Origin: Nitrospinota bacterium
GTDB lineage: Bacteria > UBA8248
Assembly (NCBI GenBank): GCA_036231405.1
Contig: JAZAHK010000003.1
Location: 160,001 to 224,000 of the forward strand
Direction of reading: 5' to 3'
Length of the DNA: 64,000 nucleotides
In this document: positions 1 through 8,915 of the stretch, one piece after another
How positions within the stretch are numbered: the stretch's first letter is position 1
Layout of the letters: each line of letters begins with the position of its first letter
Program-made: the position numbers and the translations under genes
Notes under the pieces: generated by a model
Database searches by the model: none
What the model was told of the DNA's origin: nothing
What the model saw: the letters and a program-made list of their open reading frames with translations, nothing else

Positions 1-261
1 AATACACTTGATAGGGCACTTGATAATGAACAAGTTGAAAAAAGAGATTTGATTAAAACTTTTCAATACCCTGGTTCTGGGAACGTAAGAGTTGTTGGAA
101 ATCCAATCATGGACATCGGCAGTGAAAAGAGTTCCACATGTGAACCTGCCCCATTACACGGTGAACACACAATACAAATCTTAAGAGAGACTCTCGGATA
201 TGAAAAAGAAAAAATTGATACTCTTATAAAACAAAATATCGTCCTAACCACAAAAAAATAA
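1..261 (+). CDS. CoA-transferase family III (CaiB/BaiF), C-terminal part; gene begins before the window
   Basis: Frame open from base 1; ends with the PAPLHGEHT..IL..LGY tail typical of family III CoA transferases and similar to the end of 10641-11834. Confidence 0.8.
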   Translation, partial: NTLDRALDNEQVEKRDLIKTFQYPGSGNVRVVGNPIMDIGSEKSSTCEPAPLHGEHTIQILRETLGYEKEKIDTLIKQNIVLTTKK

Positions 262-285
262 ATTTACAAAAATTCAACTTAATAT

Positions 286-711
286 TTATCCTTGAGGCAC
301 CGCAATTAGTGTGCCAGTTACGAGCCTTGTACTTACATGATTCAGTACCTCTGTGTCCATTTCAATTAAATTTTCACCTGATTCCTCATATTGTTTCGTT
401 ACTGTGGCTTTACAAGTTAAGATATCTCCCGGCCAAGCCTGCGAAACAAAACGAACTTGAAATTTCCGAAAAGATGTAGGACCAAGATTCTGATTTAACA
501 TTCTTGAAAGATACCCTACTGAAAGCGGTCCCATGGCAAACACCTTGTCAAAACCACTTTTGATCGCAAAAATTTCATCATGATGATTAGGATTAAAATC
601 CCCTGAAGCACCTGCAAATCGAACAATATCTGTTCGTGATAAAGGCCCCACATTCAATTGAAGCTCCGAACCTGGCGTAAGTTCATTCCACTTTTTATAT
701 GCATATGGCAT
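286..711 (-). CDS. MaoC-family (hotdog) dehydratase
   Basis: FAGASGDFNPNHHD hydratase motif; ATG at 711 follows GGGAG. Confidence 0.85.
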   Translation of the reverse strand: MPYAYKKWNELTPGSELQLNVGPLSRTDIVRFAGASGDFNPNHHDEIFAIKSGFDKVFAMGPLSVGYLSRMLNQNLGPTSFRKFQVRFVSQAWPGDILTCKATVTKQYEESGENLIEMDTEVLNHVSTRLVTGTLIAVPQG

Positions 712-726
712 AACTATCTCTCCCAA

Positions 727-1176
727 TTAAACTGTTTCAATCAAAGTGCGATAATCAATTTGAACAAGTTCTCCATTTTCACTTCTAAACTCAGTCTTGA
801 TGACCACAAAAGTCATTTCGCCGCCTTTTCTTCCTTTTTTTACTTCCGAAGAGATAACAGAATTTTTCCCAATCAGGGTCATACCAGCAAAAATTGGTTT
901 GAAGTATTCAAAACTATATCCTCCTAATAACCTTCGGCCTAAGTCAAAACCGAGATGACGCATTGGATCGTTGTCATCATTATCAAACCAAAATTGTCTA
1001 GTAAAAGTCGGAGGAGCAACTAAATTTGGGAATCCGGCTTTTTTTGCAGCCACCACGTCAGTATAAACAGGATCCTCTAAACCTAATGCCTTAGCATATT
1101 CACGAATCTTTCCAGTCTCTACAACAAACTCAAACTCCTTAAAATCTCTCTCCATTACTGATTGATCAAAAGACAT
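727..1176 (-). CDS. MaoC dehydratase N-terminal-like (hotdog) partner subunit
   Basis: VETGKIREYAKALG..DPVY..A...G...APPTF pattern; adjacent to MaoC gene. Confidence 0.8.
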   Translation of the reverse strand: MSFDQSVMERDFKEFEFVVETGKIREYAKALGLEDPVYTDVVAAKKAGFPNLVAPPTFTRQFWFDNDDNDPMRHLGFDLGRRLLGGYSFEYFKPIFAGMTLIGKNSVISSEVKKGRKGGEMTFVVIKTEFRSENGELVQIDYRTLIETV

Positions 1177-1222
1177 ATATAATTCCTTTCTTACAAAATC
1201 AGGTTACCCTAATTACTCAAGA

Positions 1223-1771
1223 TTAATCAGAAAGACTTACGATATCTCCGTTAATTTCTAATGTGCTGTCGATATCTATCGGATTTTTTAACGTCCACTC
1301 CGCAAAACAACCACCCTTTGCATTTTTAGCGAGTTTCGTAATTTCTTCGAGAGAAGCATCAGTATCAATCGACAAAAAAGAACGAAAACCCGTACAACCA
1401 CTTTCCACCGTACCTTTTAGAACAGATCCACGGAGAAAAAAATCATATTCAATTCTACATTTCGCTTTTTTGAAAGATATTTTCATCATGTGCGCGTACC
1501 GCGCAACTTGTGTTAAAAGTCAAAACCCAACTCCAAGAGCAAAATAATTTAACGGTTGTGGATACTCTCCATCACCACCCAATCTTGCCGGTTCATCGCA
1601 ATAAACCTCAAAATCTCCACTCTTTCCAATTTTCAACTGTCCTTTCCCTTCTATCGTTTCTACTTCTGCCACTATTGTATTCATATATCCTTGAGGTGGA
1701 TGCTCAGGTTGATCAATAACTCTCTCTCCCGGAATACTACTTTGCTCTGATGCAGTCGTAGGTTTAACCAT
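1223..1771 (-). CDS. OsmC/Ohr-like selenoprotein (Sec84), 182 aa
   Basis: ORFs 1520-1771 and 1223-1489 are in one frame, joined by TGA (1520-1522) plus LLTQVARYAH; DEP..LGG...P.P motif, TGA at the first catalytic Cys position, second Cys in GGCFAE; AGGAGG RBS. Confidence 0.85.
1491..1505 (-). promoter_or_regulatory. Putative SECIS hairpin of the OsmC-like gene
   Basis: TGCGCG-GTA-CGCGCA perfect 6-bp GC-rich stem starting 14 nt after the TGA. Confidence 0.7.
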
Positions 1772-1812
1772 ATAACCTCCTTGTTTTTAAAAGATTTACA
1801 AAAAACTTCCCT

Positions 1813-2301
1813 TTAATTTTTCCTTCTGAATTTTCTCCATTTCCATGGGGCTATAGAATCACTCCTACTCCAAACCCCTATCTTTTTTGCTCTTGCATCT
1901 GACTCTGCACCTTTTAAAGCAAGATCATGTCTTGCATATTTTTTATACCACCGACAAAAACCTTCAGAAACAAGCTTTAAACCAAGGTCAATATCTCCTT
2001 CGACAAAAACTCTTCCCACCATTCTTCCATAACGGTCATATCCCTTGTTCTCAACAATTATCTTTTTGTTAGAGATTAATTCCTTGGCCCTCTTTTTTGC
2101 ATATATTCCGCCTGGCTGCTTAATCTCAGGACAATCAATTCCATACAATCTAATTTTGATCTTTTTAAAATTTTTGTTAATGTGAATGGTATCCCCGTCT
2201 GGAACATGCAACACATATGCAGATGTAGGCTCACAAAAAATAAAGGTTGAAGGAAAACAAAAGAAAATCAATACAATAAGAATAAATATTTTTTTCATCA
2301 T
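1813..2301 (-). CDS. Thermonuclease (SNase-like) family protein with signal peptide
   Basis: DGDTI, IRLYGIDCPE, DRYGR motifs. Confidence 0.9.
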   Translation of the reverse strand: MMKKIFILIVLIFFCFPSTFIFCEPTSAYVLHVPDGDTIHINKNFKKIKIRLYGIDCPEIKQPGGIYAKKRAKELISNKKIIVENKGYDRYGRMVGRVFVEGDIDLGLKLVSEGFCRWYKKYARHDLALKGAESDARAKKIGVWSRSDSIAPWKWRKFRRKN

Positions 2302-2473
2302 ATCTCCCCACAAATAGAAAAGATTCAAAAACTAATCTTTATATAAATATTAAATACCTCACTCAAACTAAAAAGAAAAGAGCCCGAGTAGGGGAAAAAT
2401 TGACAAAAAAATTATGTCAGGTATTCTGTGAAATAGTTATTGTAGACACATTAAATAATTACAGGAGGAAGTC

Positions 2474-2959
2474 ATGAAATTGTATAAGTTCACTTTTTTG
2501 ATTTTTTTATCCCTTACTTTCATAGGAAATTACTTCATTGCCGAATCTACATTCGCTCATAAAAGAACCAAAAAATACAATAAAAAACATTGGAAAAAGG
2601 GGATCCCTCGTAAAATGCTTTTTGATCGCGTGCTATTACACAGGATCAGATTAGGTCTTAATAAATCTCAAATCTCAAAATTAGAAAATATAAAAACTAA
2701 TTACATAAAAAATAGGTATATGAATAGAGCAAAACTACGAATCAACGGTGTAGATTTAAAAATGGCAATACGCGCAGAGTCTATTAATATGAAAGTAATT
2801 GAAAAACTAGTAAAAAAAATGACGTCACAAAGGGAAACAATGTGGCTGTCCGCTATTAGCGCCATTGCAAAAACGAAAACGATTTTAACTAACAAACAAT
2901 TAGAAAAAATGAAAAAGATTAGGCACTCTAGAATGATGAGAAGAAAATCTCGTAGGTAA
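2474..2959 (+). CDS. Secreted Spy/CpxP-like helical protein
   Basis: Signal peptide; LGLNKSQ and ILTNKQ (LTxxQ-like) motifs; AGGAGG RBS. Confidence 0.6.
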   Translation: MKLYKFTFLIFLSLTFIGNYFIAESTFAHKRTKKYNKKHWKKGIPRKMLFDRVLLHRIRLGLNKSQISKLENIKTNYIKNRYMNRAKLRINGVDLKMAIRAESINMKVIEKLVKKMTSQRETMWLSAISAIAKTKTILTNKQLEKMKKIRHSRMMRRKSRR

Positions 2960-3052
2960 TGTAAAATAAATTTTTAAAAATAATAAAGTGTAACTAGGCA
3001 ATTACGTATTTGTTTTGCTCATGTTCATAAACTCTAATTCAATGGAATCTTA

Positions 3053-4747
3053 GTGAATACAGAAATCAAAGAAATTTCGTGTGACGTTCTCGTCATCGGT
3101 GGAGGTGTAGCAGGAATGCTCGCCTCAATTGAAGCCAAAAAAGAAGATGTCGAAGTTATTCTTATAACTAAAGCAACCTTCCCTTCCGGAAGTTCTTCAA
3201 TGGCTAGAGGTGGATTCTCAAGCGCTTTAGGACATGAAAATAAGAGAGATAACCCGAGAGTACACTGGCATGACACCATTAAAGGGGGGTACGAAATTAA
3301 CAACCCCAAACTAGTTAAAGTTATGACTGAAGAAGTGATCGAACGAACGTACACCATAGATTCTTGGGGCTTAGGTTTAATTAAAAAAGAAAATGGAAAC
3401 TATGATCAACGAAAAAATGCAGACGACACATACGCTCGTTTCCTGCATTGCGCAGGAATGATTGGGAAACCTCTCATGTCTGCTTTATCAAAAAAAGTAA
3501 AAGAACTAGGCGTGAGAGTTGAAAGTAATGTTTTTATTATTGATTTAATTTTAGAAAACGATGGATCAATTGCAGGAGCATGGGGAGTAAAGCATAAAGA
3601 AGACATTGCAGTGATGATTTCTAGTAAAAGCACAGTCCTTTGTTCAGGAGGAGCACCACAATTACATGAAGTCAATGATTCTCCCCCACAGGTAACTGGA
3701 GATGGATATGCAATGGCTTTTAGAGCAGGCACAGAACTACTGGATATGGAAATGATTGACTATCAACTTATGACTGGATGGCCAAAAAAGATGATCGGAT
3801 ATAATCCTTACGCCACTGGTTTCATCAGAATTGGATCCCACCTGAAAAACAAAGATGGATTTAGATTTATGCAAAAGTGGAATCCTAATGCCCCTAATCA
3901 GTGTTATGAACAAACTGCGCGTTCTCTTTTCAATAGAGGAGTAGGTTTTGAAATTTTCGAAGGTAGAGGAACAGAACACGGGACAGTATACATGGATGCT
4001 TCCCATTGTATGAATATAGACCACGGAGGAGAAATAGAAATCATCAAAAGAGCTTTTAAAAATGGAGGCGTGGATATCACAAAAGAATCCATGGAAGTTT
4101 GTAGTGGGCCACATACTTTTCTAGGAGGCATTCGCATAGACGAATTTGGGAGAACAAATGTTCCTAGTCTTTATGCAGGAGGTGAGGCAGGAGGAGGTAT
4201 CCATGGTTCAAATCGTCTTTCTGGAGCTGCACTAGCGGATAGTTTCGTTTTTGGTTCACGTTCAGGGAAAAATGCAGCCAAAGATTCAAAAAGAAGAAGA
4301 TTGGCAAAACCAAAAAAATCAAACATTTTAGATAGACTCTCTTCTCTTTTCAACCGAATTCAAAATTCTGGAAATTTGACTGCCAAAGAGTACCGTCTTT
4401 CTCTTCAAAAAAATGTTTTCACTAATATTGGACAAATACGGTCTAAAGAAAAATTACATATTGGGCTCGAAAAACTAGATGATTTAAAGAAAAATTCTGT
4501 TTCAATTTTAAATGAGAAAGAAAAGCCAATATCTAAAATCAATGAACTAAAAAGCATTGTTGAAACTGATAATTTAATAGAAGTAGCGAAAATGCTTGCG
4601 ATCTCAGCACTAACAAGAGAGGAAAGCCGCGGAGGTCATTATAGATGCGACTTTCCGGAGACAGATAACGACAACTGGAAAGCGAACATTGTCATTTCCA
4701 AGAAAATTGGCACGGAAGAAATTCAAACAAGAGTGAATCAAATATAG
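3053..4747 (+). CDS. FAD-binding protein, SdhA/FrdA/NadB superfamily (orphan)
   Basis: DVLVIGGGVAG, TGDG, HTFLGGI, LYAGGE, HGSNRLSG, REESRGGHYR..FP. Confidence 0.85.
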   Translation: MNTEIKEISCDVLVIGGGVAGMLASIEAKKEDVEVILITKATFPSGSSSMARGGFSSALGHENKRDNPRVHWHDTIKGGYEINNPKLVKVMTEEVIERTYTIDSWGLGLIKKENGNYDQRKNADDTYARFLHCAGMIGKPLMSALSKKVKELGVRVESNVFIIDLILENDGSIAGAWGVKHKEDIAVMISSKSTVLCSGGAPQLHEVNDSPPQVTGDGYAMAFRAGTELLDMEMIDYQLMTGWPKKMIGYNPYATGFIRIGSHLKNKDGFRFMQKWNPNAPNQCYEQTARSLFNRGVGFEIFEGRGTEHGTVYMDASHCMNIDHGGEIEIIKRAFKNGGVDITKESMEVCSGPHTFLGGIRIDEFGRTNVPSLYAGGEAGGGIHGSNRLSGAALADSFVFGSRSGKNAAKDSKRRRLAKPKKSNILDRLSSLFNRIQNSGNLTAKEYRLSLQKNVFTNIGQIRSKEKLHIGLEKLDDLKKNSVSILNEKEKPISKINELKSIVETDNLIEVAKMLAISALTREESRGGHYRCDFPETDNDNWKANIVISKKIGTEEIQTRVNQI

Positions 4748-4789
4748 AAACAAAATAACATCTAAAAAATTTCTTATAAATCAAAATAT

Positions 4790-5866
4790 TTATCTATTTT
4801 TTTGAATGAAATTGCAAAGTACGTCTCCAACTTCTCTCGTATTTAATTTGCCCCCAAGATCTCCAGTAACTGAATTTTCTGCAATTGCGTTTTTCACAGC
4901 ACTCAGAATAATATCTGCCGATGCATCAAAACCAAGTGTCCCAAGTAAAATACGTGCGGTAAGAGTTGTTGCGAAAGGATTTGCAATACCTTTTAACGCA
5001 ATATCAGGAGCAGTTCCATGAACAGGTTCGAACATTGAAACTTTCCCCGGATGTATACAGCCTGAAGGAGCCATTCCTACTCCGCCAACTAATCCAGCGC
5101 ACACATCACTCAAAATATCTCCATACATGTTATTTGTAACAATTACCGAAAATTTTTCAGGATGCTGTATCAAGTCCAAACATAAAGTGTCTATGAAGTA
5201 GTGTTCCCCTTCAACTCCTGGGAAATCTTCGTTAACTTGCCAAAAGACTCTCTGCCACAAATCATGCGCATGGACCAGAGAACCAAATTTATCCGCCATC
5301 GTTACTTTTGGATAATTTTGTTTTTTTGCATATTCAAATGCAAATCGACATATTCTTTCTACTCCTTTATAGGTATTCACATCTTCCTGAATAGCCACTT
5401 CATCACTTGTTCCCTTTTTAAAATTTCCTCCAAGTCTAACCATCACTCCTTCCGTATTTTCACGTATTACTGTCAAATCAATAGGGACTTCTTTTCGAAG
5501 TGGACTAAAGCTTGGATCAAATAAAAAAGCAGGACGTAAATTTACATAAAGATCCAATTCTAGTCGAAGAGCTCTAAGAAGATCTCTGCAATTAACATCT
5601 GGAGGAATACGAGGATCTAAACCCGCACTCCCGAATAATATAGCATCATGTTTACTAGCGAGATCACGCACTAATGCAGGGACATCATCAGGAAGAGGAG
5701 ACCCTTCCTCAAGATATCTTAGCGCTCCATAGTTGTATATTGTAGGCTCTACTTGCACTTCGTCCGCCAGTGCTGCTTCTTTCAAAACTTCTGTTACAAC
5801 AGGCAATACATCATGACCTACACCATCACCTAAAATAACTGCTAAAGAAAGTTTCTTATCATTCAT
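4790..5866 (-). CDS. Isocitrate/isopropylmalate/tartrate dehydrogenase family
   Basis: GDGVG, RENTEG, NMYGDILSD, FEPVHGTAPDIA. Confidence 0.9.
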   Translation of the reverse strand: MNDKKLSLAVILGDGVGHDVLPVVTEVLKEAALADEVQVEPTIYNYGALRYLEEGSPLPDDVPALVRDLASKHDAILFGSAGLDPRIPPDVNCRDLLRALRLELDLYVNLRPAFLFDPSFSPLRKEVPIDLTVIRENTEGVMVRLGGNFKKGTSDEVAIQEDVNTYKGVERICRFAFEYAKKQNYPKVTMADKFGSLVHAHDLWQRVFWQVNEDFPGVEGEHYFIDTLCLDLIQHPEKFSVIVTNNMYGDILSDVCAGLVGGVGMAPSGCIHPGKVSMFEPVHGTAPDIALKGIANPFATTLTARILLGTLGFDASADIILSAVKNAIAENSVTGDLGGKLNTREVGDVLCNFIQKNR

Positions 5867-5980
5867 TATTTTTCTCTCTAAAAGATGTCTGACAACTTTC
5901 ACTCTTTGTACTTCATCACTACCTAAACACCCTCGTTTACCGCTACAACCATATTGGCATGTGGAACACGAGCATTTTTA
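5867..5980 (-). pseudogene. Possible acyl-CoA dehydrogenase deletion remnant
   Basis: Reads KNARVPHANMVVAVNEG, then in another frame GSDEVQRVKVVRHLL, resembling the mid-protein and C-terminal ACAD motifs. Confidence 0.4.
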
Positions 5981-5983
5981 AAA

Positions 5984-7585
5984 CTAACTAGATAAAGATG
6001 GAGCGGAAACTGGTGTCCACCATTTATCAATCTTCAAATCTTCACATATCGCATTTGCCGCATTATAACCAGGCGCGCCATTAAGACCACCCCCATGACA
6101 ACTAGAACTACATAAATAAAATTTCTCCAATGGAGTCCTCATTCCAGAAAGTAAGGGATGGGGTCGATTAACACCTAATTGACTTGGCGTATAGGCACCC
6201 ATTCTCACAGCACCCTCTACGATATTTTTGTTTCTGCGGTTTAGATCATTGGGAGAATACAATTTTGCAGCCCTTACGACATCACCTTGTAAATTAGGAG
6301 CGTATTCTCTCCAAATATCAAGCAATTGTTGAGTCATTGGTTCTTTTATTTCATCCCATTTCGATGGATCATCTCCATCTATTCTATAAGGAGCACCAGG
6401 CCACCAAAATGCAACATGACCATCCTCAGGTGCATAACTTGAGTCAAAAAGACTATTACAAGAACCATTGCCCATAGGCATTGAAGGAAATTTTCCGCTT
6501 CGTCTTTCATCAGTGTTATTCGTAACCTCTTCATCTGTATCAGCACCAAAAATTATGTTAAACGATTTTCCTACATCAGGGTCATAATTCTCAGCCAAAT
6601 ATTTCGGTGGCTCACTTAAAGCTAAGTGCAGGGTCATCAATGAATGAAATCCCCAATCCCAATTCCTCATTTTTTCATTTACTTCCTCTGGGAAAGCATC
6701 TTCTCCTGCAATACGGATTGAAGTTGGAGCATTTAAACCACTTGCAACAAAAGAATTGGCAGATATCTTTGAACCATCAGAGAGAATAACTCCCGCAGCA
6801 TGTCCATTTTCTCGATAAATTTCTTCTACCTTGCAACCTCTAAAAACCTCCCCACCATGAGACCTAATCAAATTCTCAAGAGATTTTGGTAATTCACGTG
6901 CACCTCCAACAGGAAGGCCTAAAGTTGTCTGCGATGAAAAAAGGCTAGGCAAAAACATCCCTGTTCCTGGCTCATCTTCTACGGTTATTGCATGTGCAAA
7001 CAATTTAAACAAAGTTCTCATTTTCGAATGTTCAAAATAAGTATCTATTGCCTCTCCGATACTCATTTTAGCAAAGGAAAGTAACTCTTTTCCTTTTTCT
7101 CCAGTTATCCTATTACCAATTTCTTCTGGAGGAAGTGGGACATGAAAAAGAAAACTGCGCAAAAGAGGGGCTAATTCTACTGCGTAACGGTTAAATAAAT
7201 ATCGATAAGATTCTGCATCACTCTTTGAAATTCGAGAAATAGAAGAAACACTTTTTTCTACATCTCTATGGAGAACTACTGATGTACCGTCCCTAAAAAC
7301 TGCAGCATGTTGCACCTCTGGTGTTACCGATTTAAAACCATAATTGGATAGTTCCAAATCACTAACTATCGGAAAATCTTCTAATCCGATAAAGAAGTTC
7401 GCATGCATATTCGACTTATATCCGGGCAAAAGAAATTCTTCAGTCGATGCAGCACCACCTATTTCTGATTCTGACTCATACACGGCTACCTTCAGACCAG
7501 ATTTCGCCATATATGCTGCACAAACTAAACTGTTGTGACCAGCTCCAATCAAAATACCATCATACCTATCCACTTTAACCTCCAT
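5984..7585 (-). CDS. Phytoene dehydrogenase-like NAD(P)/FAD oxidoreductase
   Basis: IGAGHNSLVCAAY, IGG..STEE, RTPLEKFYLC..GGG..GAPGYNAA. Confidence 0.85.
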   Translation of the reverse strand: MEVKVDRYDGILIGAGHNSLVCAAYMAKSGLKVAVYESESEIGGAASTEEFLLPGYKSNMHANFFIGLEDFPIVSDLELSNYGFKSVTPEVQHAAVFRDGTSVVLHRDVEKSVSSISRISKSDAESYRYLFNRYAVELAPLLRSFLFHVPLPPEEIGNRITGEKGKELLSFAKMSIGEAIDTYFEHSKMRTLFKLFAHAITVEDEPGTGMFLPSLFSSQTTLGLPVGGARELPKSLENLIRSHGGEVFRGCKVEEIYRENGHAAGVILSDGSKISANSFVASGLNAPTSIRIAGEDAFPEEVNEKMRNWDWGFHSLMTLHLALSEPPKYLAENYDPDVGKSFNIIFGADTDEEVTNNTDERRSGKFPSMPMGNGSCNSLFDSSYAPEDGHVAFWWPGAPYRIDGDDPSKWDEIKEPMTQQLLDIWREYAPNLQGDVVRAAKLYSPNDLNRRNKNIVEGAVRMGAYTPSQLGVNRPHPLLSGMRTPLEKFYLCSSSCHGGGLNGAPGYNAANAICEDLKIDKWWTPVSAPSLSS

Positions 7586-7635
7586 TTGATTAATTTAGAT
7601 CAAATACAGTTGGAATCTAGATATAGGTTACACAG

Positions 7636-8760
7636 CTATTTCGTAAGTTCAGACTGCAACTCTTCAGGATCGATTGGAAGGGCCAAGGGCGCCTCCATTT
7701 TGGCAGACAAATCACAAGCCATCGTCAACATGAGATTCCTGTGCCCTTCTTCAGCTGTACAATGAGGGGTATTTACTCCCGCATAAATTCTCGCAAGCCA
7801 AGAATTAGTTTCCTCCCGCATAGGACCCCAGAATTGACCTCTAGAAATATCGCCAGGAGGATAACTTGCAAGAAAATTGACATGTCTTTCGTCCCCACGA
7901 TGAGCAACCCAAGGTTTCTCCGTAGCCATAACCATATCTCTATGCGTATCATCTATAGTAAGAACACCGCCCGTTCCAACTATCCCAATCTCAAGACTGT
8001 AAGTTGATGCAGGCCAGACAACGGGTAAACCCCAACTGCAAGACATACTCCATAGAGTTCCATCTTCAAAAGTAAAGATACTAAATGTAGAATCTTGTGT
8101 CCCCAGTCCAGTAAGTGCTTTTGCAACCGAGCGGGCATAAATCTCAACTGGTTTTTTACCCTCGCCCAAAACCCAGAGAATAACGTCTAGCGCGTGAGTC
8201 CCCGATATAACCATTGGCGTTAAAAATGAACGATCCTCGTTAGCCTCTAGACGCGTAATTCCTACCATACGATTTAAAAAAGCTCTTGTTGTGGCCGAAG
8301 TGATATCCCCCAACTGACCCGAAGCGACTTGCTCTCTTGCAACTAACCATTTCCTTCTAAATCTTTGTGTATAACCAACAACAAGATCTATATTTTGATC
8401 TTTAGCTGCTTTAACTATATTTGCAGATTCTACTACATTTGTGGCTAGTGGCTTTTCTGCAATAATCCTATGTCCATGTTCTATAGACTCGAAAAGTGTC
8501 TCTGCATGTACGTTTTCATCCGTTGCTAGAACAGCAGAGTTCACTTCTGATCGTCTCAGTAGTTCTCTATAGTCGGTAGTAAAAAAATCGGCATTTAGAT
8601 CTTCAGCTAATTGTTTTCCTTTTTTTTTGTCAACATCACAGCAACCGATCCATTCTGATCCAGGATATTCTAATGCACAACGACCTCGGATCCTTCCCAC
8701 ACGCCCACAACCAACTATTCCTAATCCGATTGGTATCTTTTCTTTATCATTCCCATGCAC
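7636..8760 (-). CDS. Gfo/Idh/MocA family oxidoreductase
   Basis: GIVGCGRVG, AEKPLA, VGYTQRF, GTHALD. Confidence 0.9.
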   Translation of the reverse strand: MHGNDKEKIPIGLGIVGCGRVGRIRGRCALEYPGSEWIGCCDVDKKKGKQLAEDLNADFFTTDYRELLRRSEVNSAVLATDENVHAETLFESIEHGHRIIAEKPLATNVVESANIVKAAKDQNIDLVVGYTQRFRRKWLVAREQVASGQLGDITSATTRAFLNRMVGITRLEANEDRSFLTPMVISGTHALDVILWVLGEGKKPVEIYARSVAKALTGLGTQDSTFSIFTFEDGTLWSMSCSWGLPVVWPASTYSLEIGIVGTGGVLTIDDTHRDMVMATEKPWVAHRGDERHVNFLASYPPGDISRGQFWGPMREETNSWLARIYAGVNTPHCTAEEGHRNLMLTMACDLSAKMEAPLALPIDPEELQSELTK

Positions 8761-8915
8761 TTTCTTTTTCCTTCATTTTATGCAAAGAAATATATATACA
8801 TTTTTCAACACAAGTTTGAGTTTATTGGTAATATTTATGTTACAAGTATATTGCAAATCTCACACAAAATATAATTAAAAGTGGGAAAATAAGTTTTATT
8901 TCAGAGGAGAGGACT

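Noticed and set aside
1520-1522. Treating the in-frame TGAs (also 30812, 43195, 43207, 63791) as nonsense mutations in pseudogenes
   Set aside because: All five fall on catalytic or ligand Cys positions with intact downstream frames and 3' hairpins; random decay would not do this.
2400-2427. TGACA-N9-TGTCA inverted repeat overlapping a TTGACA/TATTCT promoter candidate
   Set aside because: Five-bp arms in AT-rich DNA and no second instance noticed; too weak to call an operator.
3053-4747. Calling this gene or 56203-57915 sdhA, frdA or nadB
   Set aside because: Key histidines are missing and no partner subunits are nearby.
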